Numbered from the stretch's first letter, positions 15,617 through 24,271 are shown. The stretch: DNA of 32,000 nt from Mucisphaera calidilacus (GCF_007748075.1 NZ_CP036280.1:1530001-1562000), one strand, 5' to 3'. Notes: generated by a model not told the origin, from the letters alone. Numbers and translations are program-made.

Positions 15617-17152
15617 TCAGCCGAGGATGCGCAGACGGATATTCTCGGTGTTCGGCGGCTCAGCGATCAGGTCATAGCCCGAAGCGCCCGTAACCTCCGC
15701 GTGGATGAGTTCGCCCGGCACGAACCGCTCGTTGGCGACGACATAAGTGATGCCGTCGACACCCGGGGCCTGGTGGGGGCCGCGGCCCACGTGCCAATGC
15801 ATGTCCGCCAGAGGGTCGTCGGAATCAAGCCCGTCCGGCGGAGCAGGGAGGGCTTCGTCGATGAGCACCGGCAACTCTGCCGCGTCCTCGGCGAGCTGCT
15901 CGTTAGCCTCGATGGCCACCTGCTGCTGAGTGAGCATGAGCTCCTCCACCCGCGCACCCACCTCAGCGTCCTCGATGGCCTCTCCCTTCGCATAAAGCGA
16001 GCCCGCCGGCGTACCCGGCTCGGGCGAGTAAGGAAACACACCCAGAGCCTCGAAGCCAAAGTCGCGCACGAACCCGACGAGTTCCTCGTGCTCGGCCCGG
16101 GTCTCGCCGGGGAAGCCCGAGATCAGGGTCGTCCGGATAGCGATACCCGGGATCCGCTCCCGGAGCTTCTCCAAAAGGGTCTCGATCAGGTTCCGACTCG
16201 TCTTCCGCCGCATCAAGTCGAGGACGCGGTCGTTGATGTGCTGCAGGGGCATGTCGATGTACTTCACCACGCTGTCGAGAGAAGCGATGGTGTCGATCAT
16301 CTCGTCCGTGAAGCACGAGGGGTAGGCATACATCAGCCGCAGCCACCCGGAACCGTGCTGCCGGGTCACGGCATCGAGCTCGCGGAGCATCCCCGACAGC
16401 CCCGCCGCGTAGTCGATATCCTCGCCGAAACTCGTCGTGTCCTGCCCGATCAGGTTGAGCTCAAAAGCACCGTCGGCCATGAGCTCGTGGGCCTCGGCGA
16501 TCAGCCGGTCCACCGGCTTGGAACGCATCTTCCCACGGATCGACGGGATCGTGCAGAAAGCGCAGTTCTGGTTGCACCCCTCGGAGATGCGCAGGTAGGC
16601 ATAGTGCCGCGGCGTCAGACGCATGCGTGCGTTGTCCGGCTCGTGGTAACCCGGGGTCTCGATTTCACGACGCCGCTTGGCAATCGCGTCGTTGGTCGCG
16701 ATGCTCGAATAAACGGGCAACTCCACAAGAACATCATCGCCCGACGAGGTGTTGCCACGGACGGCCGCCGTGATCCGATCGCGGTCGAAGACGCCGATGA
16801 TGGCATCGACGCCGGGAACCCAGTCCAGAATCTTCGCGCGGTGCCGCTGGACCAGGCAGCCCGCCACGACCACACGCTGGACCTCACCCGACTTCTTACG
16901 CTCAACAGCCCGGCTGATCTCGTCCACGGACTCCTGCTTGGACGCTTCGAGAAACCCGCAGGTGTTGATGATGATCGCGTCGGGCCCGTCGTCCTCAGGA
17001 ACGATGGCGATGCCGTCCTCGGCGAGCAGGCCCAGCATCTTCTCGCTGTCGACGAGGTTCTTCGGGCATCCCAGGGAAACCATCGCGACACGACGCACAT
17101 CAGCGGCTGGCGGCTGGGTACCCGGACTCGGCTTTGCCGTGCTCTGGCTCAA
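15617..17152 (-). CDS. rimO: ribosomal protein S12 methylthiotransferase RimO (radical SAM MTTase)
   Basis: It has VAMVSLGCPKNLVDSEKMLGLL (RimO N-terminal signature), the radical SAM cluster motif CNQNCAFC and a C-terminal TRAM-like region. The start codon is uncertain: TTG at 17152, or an internal GTG/ATG up to 23 codons downstream. Confidence 0.88.
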   Translation of the reverse strand: MSQSTAKPSPGTQPPAADVRRVAMVSLGCPKNLVDSEKMLGLLAEDGIAIVPEDDGPDAIIINTCGFLEASKQESVDEISRAVERKKSGEVQRVVVAGCLVQRHRAKILDWVPGVDAIIGVFDRDRITAAVRGNTSSGDDVLVELPVYSSIATNDAIAKRRREIETPGYHEPDNARMRLTPRHYAYLRISEGCNQNCAFCTIPSIRGKMRSKPVDRLIAEAHELMADGAFELNLIGQDTTSFGEDIDYAAGLSGMLRELDAVTRQHGSGWLRLMYAYPSCFTDEMIDTIASLDSVVKYIDMPLQHINDRVLDLMRRKTSRNLIETLLEKLRERIPGIAIRTTLISGFPGETRAEHEELVGFVRDFGFEALGVFPYSPEPGTPAGSLYAKGEAIEDAEVGARVEELMLTQQQVAIEANEQLAEDAAELPVLIDEALPAPPDGLDSDDPLADMHWHVGRGPHQAPGVDGITYVVANERFVPGELIHAEVTGASGYDLIAEPPNTENIRLRILG

Positions 17153-17408
17153 GGCTGGGGCTCCGTTTCGTGGGGGTTGCGACTTGCTTCGCAGCAGGGA
17201 CAGCGTTACAACTCTATCAGGAGACCGACTTCAAGACCGGGCTTTCGCTCCTGATTTGATGGAGAAACCGCTCATCTCACGACGCGTGTCGTGTCCGTGG
17301 GCATCGCAGAACAAGTTGAATCAAGCCGTCATGGTTGGCGGTGTTCCACCACGTCCCGGCGTGTTCGATCGCGCGGACCGCTTCGGGCCTCTCAGGAAAT
17401 GAGCTTTC

Positions 17409-18617
17409 ATGAGTCATGTTTCGGGCATTCTCGAGATCGGCAGCCGACCCGATGGCCGTCTTCGGCAGCTGGGAACCAGTTACATCGCCTCGCCCTCGGA
17501 CCCGCTGATCCCCAAGCAGCTCATCGAGAAGTACGACCTGCGCTCCGGCCAGGCGCTGGAGGTGGAACTGGGCAAACCGGTTGGCGGCACCAAGGGCCAA
17601 AAACAGAACTCCGGCGGAAACAAGCCCAAACGCCAGCGCATCTCGGCAGTGGCTCCCGACGCACGCCGCGCAACCAGAGTGCTGACCGTCGAGGGCGTGG
17701 ACTCTGAAAAACTCGGCGAACTCCGACGCTTTGAAGACCTGACGACCATCGATCCCCAGCCGCGGATCGTGCTGGAGTACGAAGGCTGTCCCGCCGCCTG
17801 CCGGCTGATCGACCTCTTCTGCCCCATCGGCTTCGGCCAGCGCGGGATGATTGTCTCGCCACCCAAAGCGGGCAAGACAACGCTCCTCCATAACATCGCG
17901 AACGCCGTCTCACGCAACCATCCCGAGGCCGAGGTCTTCGCGCTGCTCATCGACGAGCGCCCCGAAGAAGTGACCGACTTCCGACGCAACGTGCCCTGCA
18001 CCGTCTGGGCCTCCTCCAACGACCACACCCCCGACCGACACTGCGGCCTCGCCGTGCTGGCGATCGATCGTGCCCGCAGACTGGCCGAAGAGGGCAAGAA
18101 CGTCGTCATGCTCCTCGACTCGCTGACGCGTCTCGGCCGTGCGTTCAACACCGCTCCCGGGATGCAGGGAACCGGCCGCACGCTCTCCGGAGGGATCGAC
18201 GCCGGCGCGCTCGGCGTGCCCAAACAGCTCTTCGGCGCGGCTCGAAAATTCGAGGAAGGCGGATCCCTCTCCATCATCGCCACAGCCCTCATCGACACCG
18301 GATCGCAGGGCGACCAGGTGATCTTCGAGGAGTTCAAGGGCACGGGCAACATGGAGCTGATCCTCGACCGCAAGATCGCCGAGCGACGACTCTTCCCCGC
18401 AATCGACCTCGCCGCTTCGGGAACACGCAAGGAAGAGAAGCTGATGCCCGAGGCAGAGATCACGACCGTCAACGCCCTGCGTCGACGCCTGCTGAACATG
18501 CAGCCGATCACGCAGATCGAGCAGCTGCTCCGCGCCCTCGAACGCTTCCCGACAAACGCCGATCTCGTGGGATCACCCCAGTCCCCCGGGAACCCTCAGG
18601 CCACGCAGCGCGTCTGA
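17409..18617 (+). CDS. rho: transcription termination factor Rho (no N-terminal helix bundle; basic insertion in RNA-binding domain)
   Basis: It has PPKAGKTTLL (Walker A), LLIDERPEEV, GGSLSIIATALIDTGS, EEFKGTGNMEL and RRLFPAIDL. An in-frame TGA at 17400-17402 precludes an N-terminal extension. An AGGAAA Shine-Dalgarno sequence lies 10 nt upstream. Confidence 0.93.
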   Translation: MSHVSGILEIGSRPDGRLRQLGTSYIASPSDPLIPKQLIEKYDLRSGQALEVELGKPVGGTKGQKQNSGGNKPKRQRISAVAPDARRATRVLTVEGVDSEKLGELRRFEDLTTIDPQPRIVLEYEGCPAACRLIDLFCPIGFGQRGMIVSPPKAGKTTLLHNIANAVSRNHPEAEVFALLIDERPEEVTDFRRNVPCTVWASSNDHTPDRHCGLAVLAIDRARRLAEEGKNVVMLLDSLTRLGRAFNTAPGMQGTGRTLSGGIDAGALGVPKQLFGAARKFEEGGSLSIIATALIDTGSQGDQVIFEEFKGTGNMELILDRKIAERRLFPAIDLAASGTRKEEKLMPEAEITTVNALRRRLLNMQPITQIEQLLRALERFPTNADLVGSPQSPGNPQATQRV

Positions 18618-18620
18618 ACC

Positions 18621-21407
18621 CTAACGGCTGCCGCTGTGGGCGTCGTCAAAACGAAGCAAACGCGTGAGCATCGAAGGCCCGCGCGCCTCCCGGATGCCCA
18701 CCCGGATAGGCGTGCTCTGAATGTCGCCGCCGACGTCATTGAAACGAAAACGCTCGATGACCGACTGCCCGGGGTTGAGCGAGGCGATGATCCGTTCCTT
18801 GCTCTGTCGCCCTCGCATCGACGCAAAGCCGTACAGCGACTGCGGGAATTCCGAGAGATTCGTCACCACCATGATCGCGACGGCGTCGATCGCACCCTCC
18901 TCACCCGCCACCAGCGAAAGCGATGAGCTGAGCTGGATCTCCTTGAGCCCCAGTTCCAGGGGCAGCGTGAGATCAATGTCGTAGTTGCGGCCCGCCGCGA
19001 AGGTCGCACGCGCCGTAAGCTGCTTGAGCCCCGAAACCTCTTGAATCGGAAAGCTCATGCCGATGGGCAGACGCATGGTCGCGCCGGAATCGAGAATGAA
19101 ATCATGCTGACGCGGCTGGATACGCCACTCCGGCGGACCGATAAATCGCAGACGCCCCTGCATCGTCACCGGGAAGGGGTTCGTCAGCGAGATCTCGCGG
19201 CGATGGACGATCTGCCGGGAGGGAATAAAGTCGTCATCAATGGTGAAGGAAGCACGAAGCCGCGCCAGATCGACATCAATCCCCTGAACGAAGATGGGCA
19301 GCTCGCCGAGAGTGAGCAGGTGCTGACGACCCACACGCTCAACCGAGGTGGTGTTGCCCCAGATGTCGGTCACGGTAGGGTTGGGCCCGAGGTACATCGC
19401 CAGCGTGTCGCGTCGGTCTTCGACGTCCCACAGAACCATCAGCGACCCGGGGTCGCCATCGAGAACCTTGGCGTGTCGCTGACCTCCGAGGTTGAGCCGG
19501 GTGACGTACCGCCGCTCGGCGAGCTGCTGGGCGACGTTCGCGAAGGCGGGCAGCAGCGGATCAGGAAGCAGAGAGTCGCGTCGCTCAAAACCCGCGGTCC
19601 ACGGCTTCGGGAGACTCACGCCGCTCTCACTCACGATCCAGCCGACAACCATTCTCCGAACCAGCGATGAGAGCCTCTGACGGTGAGGGTACAGCTCCGC
19701 GTCAGGCTCGAGCAGGTGCAGGCTGTGCTCCAGAGGCGGCGAACGCCAGGCCTCAAGATAACGCTCCAGTGTGCCGGCGTTGATGCTCTCGGGCACGTCG
19801 ATCGCATAGCCGACATCGCTGGGCATGTCATCGCGTCGCTGCTGATCCAGCCGCCAGGGAAGGTGGATGCGTGGCGAAGGACTCAGCTTGCCGAGCTTGA
19901 GCTCGATCTCACGCGCCATCCCCGCAAGACGGTCAACGAAGAACGGCTCATCAGATTCGAGAAGCCCAAGGTGCCAGTCGCGGATGCGCTGCCCGTGCCG
20001 CAGCATCACCGGCGCAACATAAGGATCCCACAGGTTCGCGTCGGTGAGGAGCATCGCCATCGGGCTGTTGGTCTCCACACCCGGCACGAGCGCGAGCGCA
20101 GAGGGCAGCGGACTGAATGAAAGCCCCACCAGACGGTTACGCGCCATGATCCGTCGCAGCAACGCCTCCAGCTCGTGCTGCTCGCGATTGAGGCTCTCCA
20201 GCGTCGTTCCGGGCTGCCAGACACTGAGAATCACACTCCGCAGCCCGGTCTGGTCCAGAATCTCGGGGATCAGATCACGCTCGTGCGTGGTCACGCCCTC
20301 AGCAACAAGCGTGAATCGATCCAGATCCGAGGAGATGCGCGGACGCCTTGGCGGCAGGTAACCCAGCGCACTGACCGAACGTGCCAGAGGATTACGCCCG
20401 ATCCCGCCGCCCTGATCGACCTCAAACACGGACATCTCGAGCAGATACCAGCCGTAACCCGGGAGCTCCGGCTGCCACGACCACCGGTCACTGGTACCGT
20501 CGCCGAGAAGCCATGTCCCGCGATCCACACGCCGACGGTCATGGTCGAACACACCGATCTCGACCCGAAGCATCTGGCCGGTGAGGTCACGCACATTCGC
20601 CTCGATAACCGGCTCCTCAGGAGCGACGATCAGGTTCGTGTCGTACTGCGTGCCGATCTCGACGTGAGGCAACAGCCAGACGCCGATGTCGTCGATCCAC
20701 ATCTGCGCATCAAGGTCCTCCAGCACAATCTGCTGATTGCCCAGGGGATTCTCAGGCGAGGGTTCCGGCTGAAGCAGTTCGATCTCAAGGCCGATCCACG
20801 CCGCGTCGGGGTAGATGCCGATGAGCTTCACCGAGGCCCAGACCCAGTTGCCCTCAGCGTCCAGAGGCTCGGTGCTTCGCTCACTGCCGGGGATACGGTT
20901 GCCCTTCTTGTCGAGAAAATAAGCCCGGATCCGCCCCGCCGCACGCGTAACATCCTCGGTCCGAACACGCGCGGTGATCATGTAGTCACTGCGTGGCAGC
21001 ACGGGGAGCGCACCCACCTGGAGATAGGCCCCGGCGTTGCCGCCATCGAGTGCGAGGTGCAACGCGTAGTCGCCCGAGGAACGGTGGGTGTCGTCGAACC
21101 CGACCTTGTTGAAGGAGGGATACCCCCGTCGCGCGATCAGCTCGGCGTGGACCGGCTGGTTGCGGAAGGTCGCGTTGGGATTCATCGGGTCGCGGCCGAT
21201 GGCATACCAGTACTTCGGCATGGCGTAGCTGGCACCGATCTTCACGCCTTGCTCGTTGCGTTCCTCGAAATCAAAGAGCTGCTCAAGTCGCTTCGGGTTG
21301 ACCAGCACCTGCTCCCGGGCAAGTGCATACGGCGCCAAGCAGAGGACCACAGTAGCCGCGCACAGCAGCCAAAGCGTCCAGCGGGCCTGTCGCGACACGA
21401 AGTACAT
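18621..21407 (-). CDS. large secreted or membrane-anchored protein of unknown function (928 aa)
   Basis: This is a long uninterrupted ORF with ordinary amino-acid composition. The N-terminal hydrophobic segment is WTLWLLCAATVVLCLAPYALA. Residues about 100-230 look like a jelly-roll/CBM-like module by eye (my impression only). No catalytic motif was recognised. Confidence 0.7.
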   Translation of the reverse strand: MYFVSRQARWTLWLLCAATVVLCLAPYALAREQVLVNPKRLEQLFDFEERNEQGVKIGASYAMPKYWYAIGRDPMNPNATFRNQPVHAELIARRGYPSFNKVGFDDTHRSSGDYALHLALDGGNAGAYLQVGALPVLPRSDYMITARVRTEDVTRAAGRIRAYFLDKKGNRIPGSERSTEPLDAEGNWVWASVKLIGIYPDAAWIGLEIELLQPEPSPENPLGNQQIVLEDLDAQMWIDDIGVWLLPHVEIGTQYDTNLIVAPEEPVIEANVRDLTGQMLRVEIGVFDHDRRRVDRGTWLLGDGTSDRWSWQPELPGYGWYLLEMSVFEVDQGGGIGRNPLARSVSALGYLPPRRPRISSDLDRFTLVAEGVTTHERDLIPEILDQTGLRSVILSVWQPGTTLESLNREQHELEALLRRIMARNRLVGLSFSPLPSALALVPGVETNSPMAMLLTDANLWDPYVAPVMLRHGQRIRDWHLGLLESDEPFFVDRLAGMAREIELKLGKLSPSPRIHLPWRLDQQRRDDMPSDVGYAIDVPESINAGTLERYLEAWRSPPLEHSLHLLEPDAELYPHRQRLSSLVRRMVVGWIVSESGVSLPKPWTAGFERRDSLLPDPLLPAFANVAQQLAERRYVTRLNLGGQRHAKVLDGDPGSLMVLWDVEDRRDTLAMYLGPNPTVTDIWGNTTSVERVGRQHLLTLGELPIFVQGIDVDLARLRASFTIDDDFIPSRQIVHRREISLTNPFPVTMQGRLRFIGPPEWRIQPRQHDFILDSGATMRLPIGMSFPIQEVSGLKQLTARATFAAGRNYDIDLTLPLELGLKEIQLSSSLSLVAGEEGAIDAVAIMVVTNLSEFPQSLYGFASMRGRQSKERIIASLNPGQSVIERFRFNDVGGDIQSTPIRVGIREARGPSMLTRLLRFDDAHSGSR

Positions 21408-21730
21408 GAACGGGTTATCGGGTGTTGAGGGCTGCGAGGTGGAGAATCCCTACTCCCCCTAAAACCCGCGTGGCTCTGTCCACCACGCCCAGGCAAGGGC
21501 CTGCCCGCAGAATCCAACGCCACGACACCCACGCTGGGGTGATTCACCCCCTCTCAAAGCCGACGGAATGAAAATCGATACCTCCGTGTATCATGATAAA
21601 GGGCTTGCCCAGCTTGCCCACAACCTCCGAGGCGACGGAGCGCCTACGCAACAACCGACTTTGGTTTGGTGATGGATACCGGCCGGGTCACACTTCCTGT
21701 ACCCACGGACCACTACCGGTCCGCTCAGGA

Positions 21731-22198
21731 ATGGCGATGCCCGAGCGAAACACATCGCGACGTCTCCGACTCGTCCGGCCAGGCGAAGGCCGACGCGCAT
21801 CACGTCGCCCCGAAACGCTACGACGCACACCCGCCGAAGCAACACCCCCCAAACTCACCGCCACCGACCCCCGATGGGTCATGGCCGTCCGCGTCGCCGA
21901 GGCCATGGAACCCGCAGGCGTCCTCCCCGCCGACAAACGCGAACGACTCACACGCATGGGCAGGATGATGGGCCTCACACCCTTCGACATCAGCCTCATC
22001 GTCGCCGTCATTCAGGACCAGGTCCGACGCGGCCACCAACTCGACCGCGCCGCCTCCGCCGGCGCCGACCAGCTCGCCATGATCCTCCTCAAGAAGCAGG
22101 CCAACCCCCGCTCCCTCCGCAGCTGGCTCCCCGCCATCATCGTCACCGCGGCCATCCTCGCCGCCGAAGCCGCCCTCCTCATTGCCTGGCTAACCTGA
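21731..22198 (+). CDS. hypothetical protein with Arg-rich N-terminus and single C-terminal TM helix
   Basis: ATG at 21731 or 21737 (AGGA at 21727-21730) is preferred over the track start at 21593. Codons before 21731 are mixed (TTG, CTT, GGT, TGT), while those after follow the strict C/A-ending style of + genes in this arm. The C-terminus is WLPAIIVTAAILAAEAALLIAWL. Confidence 0.5.
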   Translation: MAMPERNTSRRLRLVRPGEGRRASRRPETLRRTPAEATPPKLTATDPRWVMAVRVAEAMEPAGVLPADKRERLTRMGRMMGLTPFDISLIVAVIQDQVRRGHQLDRAASAGADQLAMILLKKQANPRSLRSWLPAIIVTAAILAAEAALLIAWLT

Positions 22199-22459
22199 GT
22201 GAGCACAGATCACACTCGTGTCATACTCGGCAGTGTGTGTGCGCACCAACCTTGAAAGTGAACGAGTTTCGCGTGTCACTTTGTGCGCCAGAATGGCCCG
22301 ATTTCGACCCAAACCGAACCGAAACGAATCAAAACGACCCGAAACCGACTCAAATTACTTTGCGCAGCACCCAAATCTCACGTAAATCGGCGCAAACATC
22401 ACACTTCGTGCGCGCTGCTGATCCCCGGTCTCATGTTGAAATGGAAGTCTGGGCAAACT
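22199..22459. other. AT-richer, motif-dense intergenic region between convergent genes; candidate replication-origin or regulatory DNA, or an unannotated ncRNA
   Basis: The region is visibly lower in GC than its flanks. It has six (T)TGCGC-type motifs, near-identical direct repeats ATCACACTCGTG (22210) and ATCACACTTCGTG (22398), and paired CGACCC(A/G)AAACCGA(A/C)C repeats (22305, 22335) in a T-poor tract. It lies 450 bp from the strand-skew polarity switch. No canonical DnaA box was found by eye. Confidence 0.2.
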
Positions 22460-22912
22460 TCAAGCCGTCTTGCGCACCTTGGCATCAGGCTCGTCCGGCC
22501 GCTTCGACACCCCCTCCGACCCCGCGCGATCGGTCGTCGGGCCGGGTGACGAGTCCTCTTCCTCCGGGCCGAAAAGCGTGTCTTCCAACGCCTCCGCGTA
22601 CTTCTCCGCCGTGCCCAGCGTCTTTTCCAACGCGCTGTGCCTGGCCCGGATCTTGATCAGCAGCTGACGCGCCCAGACAAACTCCGTGCCCAGAATCACC
22701 AGACCTACCGGGACCACGAACCAGCCCAGCGGCGCGGGTAGGATAAACAGCACCAGGCCGATGAGGATGATTGTGAAGCCAATGATGCCTATCCCAATAC
22801 GGCGCAACCACTTAGGCGTGCGGACGCGTGCCGGCAGACGGCCGGTGACCGGCAGGCCCTCCGTCTTGTGCGGCAGCGGCGTGTTCTCGTGGACGGATCG
22901 CTTCATGCTCAC
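22460..22912 (-). CDS. PGPGW-domain small membrane protein
   Basis: 150 aa. IIGFTIILIGLVLFILPAPLGWFVVPVGLVILGTEFVWARQLL matches the two-helix PGPGW family layout (here PAPLGW). Confidence 0.65.
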   Translation of the reverse strand: MSMKRSVHENTPLPHKTEGLPVTGRLPARVRTPKWLRRIGIGIIGFTIILIGLVLFILPAPLGWFVVPVGLVILGTEFVWARQLLIKIRARHSALEKTLGTAEKYAEALEDTLFGPEEEDSSPGPTTDRAGSEGVSKRPDEPDAKVRKTA

Positions 22913-22973
22913 GTTGTCGTATCGGCCAAGGGGTGTTTTCGCATTGGCTCACAGGGGTTTACGTTCGTGAACA

Positions 22974-24194
22974 TCAAAGGCTTTCGGTGCCGCCGAGCAG
23001 CCGGATCGCCTCGTCGAGGTCCTTGTCGCCCCGCCCCGAGACGTTGATCAGCACGACCTGTTCCTTGGGCAACGAGCTCGCCAGGTCCAACGCGTGGGCG
23101 ATGGCGTGGGAGGACTCGAGCGCGGGCAGGATCCCCTCGTCGCGGGTGAAAGCCTTGAACGCGTCGAGTGCCGCTTCGTCGGTGCAGGCGGTGTAGCGGA
23201 CGCGGCCGGCGTCATGCCAGTAGGAATGCTCGGGCCCGACGCCGGGGTAGTCAAGACCGGCGGAGATGGAATGGACGTCGGAGGTCTGGCCGTCGTCGTT
23301 CTGCAGGACGTAGGAGAGGGATCCGTGGAGCACGCCGGGCTGGCCGAAGTTCAGGGGCGCGGCGTGGTCGCCGAGGATCTGGGACCGGCCGCCGGCCTCG
23401 ACGCCGACGAGTCCGACCTGGGTGTCGTTGATGAAGGGGTAGAAGATGCCGGCGGCGTTGGAGCCGCCGCCAACACAGGCAACGATCTGGTCGGGGAGTC
23501 GTCCGATCTGCTCGAGGCACTGCTGGCGTGCTTCGCGGCCCATGACGGACTGGAAGTTGCGGACGATCATCGGGAAGGGGTGGGGCCCGACGACGGAGCC
23601 GATGATGTAGTGGGTGTTTTCGGAGGTGGCCATCCAGTCGCGCATGGCGGCGTTGGTGGCGTCCTTGAGGGTGCAGGAGCCGGATTCGACGGGGACGACG
23701 TTGGCGCCCATGAGTTTCATGCGCTGGACGTTGGGCCGTTGTCGGCGGATGTCCTCGGTGCCCATGAAGACGTCGCACTGGAGGTCCATGCAGGCGGCTG
23801 CGGTGGCGGTGGCGACGCCGTGCTGCCCGGCGCCGGTCTCGGCGATGATGCGTTTCTTGCCCATGCGTTTGGTGAGCAGGGCCTGGCCGAGTGAGTTGTT
23901 GATCTTGTGGGCGCCGGTGTGGGCGAGGTCTTCGCGTTTGAGCCAGATCTGAGCTCCGCCGGCGCGGGCGGTGAGTCGTCGGGCGAACTGCAGGGGTGTG
24001 GGTCGTCCGACGTAGACCTTGAGCAGTTCTTCGAATTCCCCGGTGAAGGCGGTGTCGTTGATGGCGTCGTTGTAGGCGGCTTCGAGGGCGCGGACGGCGG
24101 TGATGAGGGTTTCGGGGATGTAGACCCCGCCGAACTGACCGAAGTAGCCGTTGGCGTCGGGGTTGGTGATGATGGGCGAGGTCGAGGTACTCAT
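22974..24194 (-). CDS. trpB: tryptophan synthase beta subunit
   Basis: [29 protein letters not shown] (PLP lysine), GGGSNAAG and the 406-aa length all fit TrpB. No trpA is adjacent. Confidence 0.95.
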   Translation of the reverse strand: MSTSTSPIITNPDANGYFGQFGGVYIPETLITAVRALEAAYNDAINDTAFTGEFEELLKVYVGRPTPLQFARRLTARAGGAQIWLKREDLAHTGAHKINNSLGQALLTKRMGKKRIIAETGAGQHGVATATAAACMDLQCDVFMGTEDIRRQRPNVQRMKLMGANVVPVESGSCTLKDATNAAMRDWMATSENTHYIIGSVVGPHPFPMIVRNFQSVMGREARQQCLEQIGRLPDQIVACVGGGSNAAGIFYPFINDTQVGLVGVEAGGRSQILGDHAAPLNFGQPGVLHGSLSYVLQNDDGQTSDVHSISAGLDYPGVGPEHSYWHDAGRVRYTACTDEAALDAFKAFTRDEGILPALESSHAIAHALDLASSLPKEQVVLINVSGRGDKDLDEAIRLLGGTESL

Positions 24195-24271
24195 GGAGCT
24201 ATTTTAGCCGAGTCGGGGCGTGGTGACAGGGTGATTCGGGACGCGGTGTGAATGTAGTGAGGGGCGTGGGA

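Noticed and set aside
15701-21428. Long antisense ORFs 15701..17254 + (517 aa), 17480..18511 - (343 aa), 17277..17891 - and 20175..21428 + (417 aa).
   Set aside because: They lie opposite rimO, rho and the 928-aa gene, which have strong motifs or normal composition. Antisense open frames are typical of high-GC DNA.
21408-22973. Canonical DnaA boxes (TTATCCACA) or a dif site (GGTGCGCATAA-N6-TTATG...) near the skew switch.
   Set aside because: The best DnaA-box-like words seen by eye match only 6 of 9 positions (TGTCCACC at about 21478, and ATCACAC repeats). GTGCGCA words resemble the XerC arm of E. coli dif, but no ATAA-N6-TTATG core exists. Neither element can be claimed.
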